DNA from: Chrysomallon squamiferum
Taxonomy: Eukaryota; Animalia; Mollusca
Length of the DNA stretch: 64,000 bases
Direction: 5' to 3'
Assembly (NCBI GenBank): GCA_012295275.1
Contig: CM022679.1
Location: 7,068,001-7,132,000, forward strand
Of the stretch, positions 58,401-64,000 are shown piece by piece. The notes under the pieces were generated by a model, which saw nothing but the letters and a program-made list of their open reading frames with translations, ran no database searches and was not told where the DNA came from. The translations under genes were made by a program, and so were the position numbers. How positions within the stretch are numbered: the first letter of the stretch is position 1; the number at the start of each line of letters is the position of its first letter.

Positions 58401-60969
58401 ATTTAAAAATGGAAAAAAAAAGACAGAATTCCACTTGCTGTTGTTTTTGTATTTGTAGTTTGTTTTATTACCTCAAATCAAAAGAAGATGTGCTTGAATG
58501 TTTTTAAATATTTTTATTTTATTCCATTTTTCTTTAATTAAATGCAGTCTTGTTTTAAAATGAATTTTAAAATAATGACAAATAAAATTGGCATTAAATA
58601 TTGTTAGAAATAAAAACAAAAACTGATAAAATAAGTATGTCAGTTTCAGGTTCTGTTAATTTGCTGAGAAAACCACTAGGGAAAATCGTTTTTGTCTTTT
58701 TGTTGTTTTTTTAAATTGGGTAATCCTATTTCATAGAAACTGAATTTTAATTTAATGCATGTATATATTTCAAATAGGTAAGCACACAACAAAATTACTT
58801 TTCTTATAAAGTGGTAAAAAAGAGTGATACAAAAGAGTTATAGTAATGGTTGCTGAGAAATGGGAAATAATTAGATCTAGGATTTTAAAATAAAATGCAA
58901 AACAGGTTTCTGCCTTGCACAATGAGAGAAAAACTTGAAGTCCTGTTGTAATTCACCAAGGTAATATAATGATGCATGTAAACTATATAAATGGATACTG
59001 TAAAGTATTTTTTCTTTTTTATCTTTCCATGGGCATTTCTTTTTCCAACCTAATGCACCCATTTCCTGGTTATGGTCTTGAAATTATAAAATTAGATGTG
59101 TTTGTACATTATTATAAAAAAAAAAAAAGCAAGGTCAGAAAAATTACATTTTTAAGCTGCTCCTGTTTTTAATAATATATTTTTAAAAATATTTATTTGT
59201 TTGTTTGTTTTTTTATTATTACTTTTTTAACAGGATGAGACAAAGATGCATTTTGCCGTAAAGATAATGCAACAAGAGGTCTTGTGTTCCAGATAACTGC
59301 TATTAACTGGAATTAAATAAATGCATTACGTTCACTGTTATTGAAACAGCACATATGTGTCATCTCTCTTTATCTGCACTAAGTCAGTACTTTTCCGGTC
59401 TAGGTTGAGGTAAACAATTCCCTGCTGCTGATAATTTGATATGTCATTTTAAATGTGCTATCTGTACTGGTTGACTGCACAAATATAGAATTTGTAAACA
59501 GAAACTTGTATGCACAGTTCTCATTACACTTTTGTAGGCCAAACTCTTTCTAGCTAAGTTTGAGATTCTACTCAAGACAGGCATATATGAATAATTATTC
59601 GTAAAAAATTTACTCTACTACTATCTAATCATCATGCTGATATGCTGACACAAACACCAATTTATTCAATTTATGTTAAGACTGATCATTTTTAGTTGTT
59701 TTCATCATTATATGAATTATATTTAATTACAAAATTAAACATGATGGTCATGTAGATGATCATTCATACAACAACTAATCCAACCTAACATTTTCTTTCA
59801 GTTACATTTTAGTTGATATGGTCATAACATTTTAGGAATGTAGACATGCATAGGGACAGGATCATAGGCAGTCAACCATAGACCAATAGCTCACAGGAAT
59901 TCAGCAGTCTATTTAACAATATTTATATTAATATATCTTAACTATTTAATCATCTGTTATAAAATTATGTCAAATATTTATTTCCATAAGCAATAGTTCC
60001 TATCATAATTCGGCCACAAATAGTGCAATGGTGTTTATAGGGATCTGAATTTCTCATGTATCATGAACAGTCACCATATGATATACTTAATCACAAACTG
60101 TTTTATTAAAAAAATTGTGAAAACTGATTTGATAGTTATTGATTAGTTTAAATGAATATAATGATGTGAAACTGTTATGAAATCAGTCTTGTGGGTTTTT
60201 TTTTTTTTTTTTTAAGGTATGTAAAGATAGGTGTACATTAAATTACCGGGCTACGTTGCCAAATAAAAGTAATAGTAATACGTGAAGAAGCGGCTCGAGG
60301 ACAATGGCTATGGAGAAAGTATTTTACAGTCACCACTTACTAAATCAGTGTTTTTACATATAAGGAAACGCATTTCAATTTGAATGTCACATTCGTCGTA
60401 GTTACACGGCGACAGAAAAAAATTCTAGTAGCTCCAATGTTAAAATAATTAATTATATGAGATTATGTAAATTATAATAAATAGTTTAGGCACAGCAGTT
60501 AATGGTATTCTCACTTCAACTTCTAACTGTATGATTATATACTACTAATTTGCTGGTGTAGCGCTGTGGCAGACGGATTCTATCACTATACAAGATCAAA
60601 ATGTGTATTTATATGTACATAAATCAGTAACTGCGGAATACCATGTCTTGAACATCGAAATAAATATCAAACGGTTTGTAATTTGTCATAATGAAAAAAC
60701 TCCCCCCCACTTATGTTATACGTGCGTGCGTTTGTAAATGTTGAAATAATAGTTTATATATAGATACATATTCACACTCACATACACAACGAAGGTACGT
60801 ACACACACATATAAACTAAATTGAAATTAATTTCGCATGCAGTTATGAACTGCATAATTATATATAAACATTATTTTGAAATACATAATTATGTAATTCA
60901 TAATTTCAGTTCTTTTTATTTTTTTCATTTTTTTATTTATTTATTGCGCCTTCGTTTGTTTCGAAAATA

Positions 60970-60979
60970 CCATATATGG
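60970..60979. promoter_or_regulatory. CArG box (SRF site) upstream of the myosin II heavy chain
   Basis: CCATATATGG is a perfect CC(A/T)6GG about 560 nt upstream of the ATG. A GC-box-like GGGCGTG and CCAAT/ATTGG motifs lie at 61255-61335. Confidence 0.55.
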
Positions 60980-61536
60980 CAAAAATACAGCTATTTCCGG
61001 TTTATTATTAAAAGGGAATTCCATTCATACGGAAAACACCCTATGGTGGACTGCACCTTTCTGATGTCATCGCTATCTGGTGACAAATCAAATAGTGCAT
61101 GTTGTGTCTGATTTTATATTAGATCGTCACATCGCATAAAAGAAATAATTTTTCCAATACATTTAATGATATGAACAGCAGTCATCTGTATGATTAGTGA
61201 GGAATTGGCGCCTTAATTAATTTAAAAGGTACCAGTTCGCATTGTTACAAAACTGGGCGTGACATTTAGGTTCTGTTAATCACATGACATACACTATCCA
61301 ATCATTACCCTCGATAGAAATACAAGCACATTGGCGATTTGTCACAACCGGAACGCTAAAGTTGTCTCTTACCGTACGAAGATGATATTTTATTAATGTA
61401 TCCAGGACTAAACTACTGACATATTTCTAGTTCGGATGAGTATTAGGAATTATTATTTTAATTCTGCATCTTTAATTTGTGTTTATTTTAAAGCAGAGGT
61501 TTAATCTTCATCAAAACTGACACCAAAGTGTCCAAA

Positions 61537-61890
61537 ATGGCGGACCAAGATTTTGGAAACCTTTCAGCACAGGAGCTGCGATACCTGGCAATTGACAGAA
61601 CTGTTGTTAATAATCCTGCACTGCAGGCAGAATGGGCAGCCAAAAAATTAATATGGATTCCAGACGAAGTTCATGGATTTGTAGGTGCAAGTGTAAAAAG
61701 CGACAGAGGAGATCAACTGGAGGTTGTTATAGACGAAACCGGCAAAAAAGTGTTGATCCACCGCGATGATGTCCAAAAAATGAACCCTCCAAAATTTAAT
61801 AAAGTGGAAGATATGGCGGAACTGACATGCCTGAATGAAGCTTCAGTTCTTCATAATTTAAAGGACCGATATTATTCAGGCTTGATATAC
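61537..61890 (+). CDS. Non-muscle myosin II heavy chain (zipper/MYH9/MYH10-like), first coding exon; gene continues past the window
   Basis: aaaATGG start. [48 protein letters not shown]...[42 protein letters not shown] ends at a GTAAGT donor at the conserved LIY/TYSG boundary. [11 protein letters not shown] and [16 protein letters not shown] are non-muscle/smooth class signatures. Confidence 0.93.
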
Positions 61891-64000
61891 GTAAGTAATG
61901 GTTCAGAAAAGTATAAAAAAATAAAAATTATGGATTATGGAGCTTAATTTATCACACATGCCAGGGGCATGGGGTGACATGCAGTGCACGAGCAATACAA
62001 TACGCTCAGAATTTAAATACCCATTTTCTAATAAAACAAGCCTCCTAATGGGTGGTGTCCGCCGTGGGAAGCATATTATAACCTTTATATACTATTCACT
62101 AAAGCGAGAGGGAGAAAACTTTTTTTACACTTCCGTCTGTTTAAATGAAACAGAAATAAATTGGGTTATTTTGACGATAATCACAATAAACTTGCTAAGT
62201 CGCTGTAGTGGTTTCACATATTTGACCTTGTAAATGTCGCCAACAATTTTTTGTTTTATTATTTTGTTTCAACCCCAAACTGTTCACAATAATTAGAATG
62301 AATTTTGTCCTAATTTTGTAAATACTTTTTGTAAAAATATTTGCTGTTGATAATTAGAACTAGCAAAAACTATTTTACTTATAAAATAAATATATTGTTA
62401 AAATTAAGTAGCAGTATGTAAATCTAAAAAGATATCTGGGCATACAGGACATCAGTCCATACTTGTTCCAGTTTGCAGACTGAACATTTTCACTTGAATG
62501 AGCAGAGCATTAAGCAGAATTGAACGTATTATTTCAGTTGGAAGAAAATTTGGCAGTTTTTCTAAAGTAGTCTGACAGTTATTGCAGAAAACAAAAAAAA
62601 GACATGTATTATGTGTATGTGTATAGCAGGTAATACATAAGAAGATGGGGGAATTCATCTTAATAATAAATGTGTTTTTCTTTGTCTTGAAAATAAATAT
62701 TTCTGTTTCTTTTTTTCTTAGAAACCATATTTTCATTAATAGTGTAATTACATTAATTTAGTCAATGTGACAACCATAAGTATGATGTCTGCCAAAAATT
62801 GTAATTTTGGGAATTCATGTGCAAAACCTTTCTTGTACCAAAAAATATTACTGTATTCAAATCTTAATTTGTTTGAAAGTTGATATGATTAGATTAAAAT
62901 ATACCAGTAAATACAGTGGCATAATTAAGTTGGTACAATACTGAAAAAAAAATTGTCACTTGTAATGAATGTTGAGAAAAAAAATTCTTTGAAATGTGTA
63001 TCTGATTAATAATTTAAAAACTGCTTTTTAACATATGTTTGTTTTACATGCAGTTTATCTGAGAATCTGATTCAGTTTAAGCATTTGACTGTTATCAGTC
63101 ATCTAGAGGAAAATTAATTAATATTTGCCTGAATTGTTGGCACAAAAACAATAAAATGAAAAGTTGGCACACCTGTTGATGCAACTTTTAGTTGGGCATG
63201 CCCTGCTTCAGTGACAAAGCAGGCTCATTTAAAAAAAAAAAAAAAAAATTTTTTTTATGTGAATACTGGCTTAAATGTGTTAATAAAAATCTTAAATACA
63301 TAAAGATAATATATACTTCAGCTATTAATTTGGCAAGCAGTTTTACAAAATTGTGAAGTATCATCATAATGACAAAATAGAAACTTCGTAAATTGTGCTG
63401 TCCTTTTTCTACATTTTATTGTCATACTTTATTAGCCATGGAAGTAGTCATTGATGTTTCCACAGCAAATAATCTATATCATGGCCAATAATCAATCAAA
63501 AGAATATTTATTTGAATCATGTGTACTTAAAAAAAAAAAGAATTTGATAGGGGCTACAGAGCTAATTTTTTGCTCTTTATGCTTTTGTATTTTGTCTTGC
63601 CATGGCATTTCTTGTTTACAAGTAAAGACAACTGAAATACCTAATTAACATAATACTGTCCTTATTCCAAGAGAGTGTCATTATTACCCATGATATTGCC
63701 TCATGGGGTCAAAATTTATGGAAATGGAGGCAGACTTTTATTCAAGTGGATGTCCAAATACTGAGGCACCAAGGCAAGTAAAGAGGGTACCATGTGGTAA
63801 AATTCAAACAGTGCAAAATATTCGTATCTCATTTTAGATATTGACTCAGGCTTTAACTTAAATTATATATGCATAAATAATAAAATCCAAAGTACAAGAT
63901 TACCTAATACTGACTTAAAATTTTTCATATAAAATTATATAACAAGAATTCTTTATTTCAATTTTTTTTATAAAATTTAAAATTTTAATGTTATTTAATA

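Noticed and set aside
61937-62233. 98-aa ORF after the myosin exon
   Set aside because: It lies in the myosin intron after the GTAAGT donor and has no similarity to the expected TYSGLFCV continuation.

Overview
AT-rich, microsatellite-rich, intron-dense animal DNA; an invertebrate, probably a mollusc or other lophotrochozoan (inferred from composition and protein style only). I assembled five spliced genes by hand. (1) The 5' part of an SLC45/MFS-type transporter on the minus strand (about 1284-5883), running off the left edge. (2) A complete 31-exon IFT140 (minus, 17302-34467) with one 1-nt frame break and an RFX X-box upstream. (3) A complete 14-exon DRG2 (plus, 36834-43231, 364 aa), head-to-head with IFT140 and containing a U12-type minor intron. 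(4) A RAI1/TCF20-like ePHD chromatin gene (plus, 45810-55434). (5) The first coding exon of a non-muscle myosin II heavy chain (61537-61890) with an upstream CArG box. The most unusual locus is gene 4. It begins with a SAM domain, has a candidate 11-nt microexon that could give a SAM-only product, and its giant exon is split over three frames by two successive -1 shifts. Those shifts may be recoding or hidden splicing, but assembly indels are at least as likely given the similar break in IFT140. Most short ORFs in the track are microsatellite or antisense artefacts.
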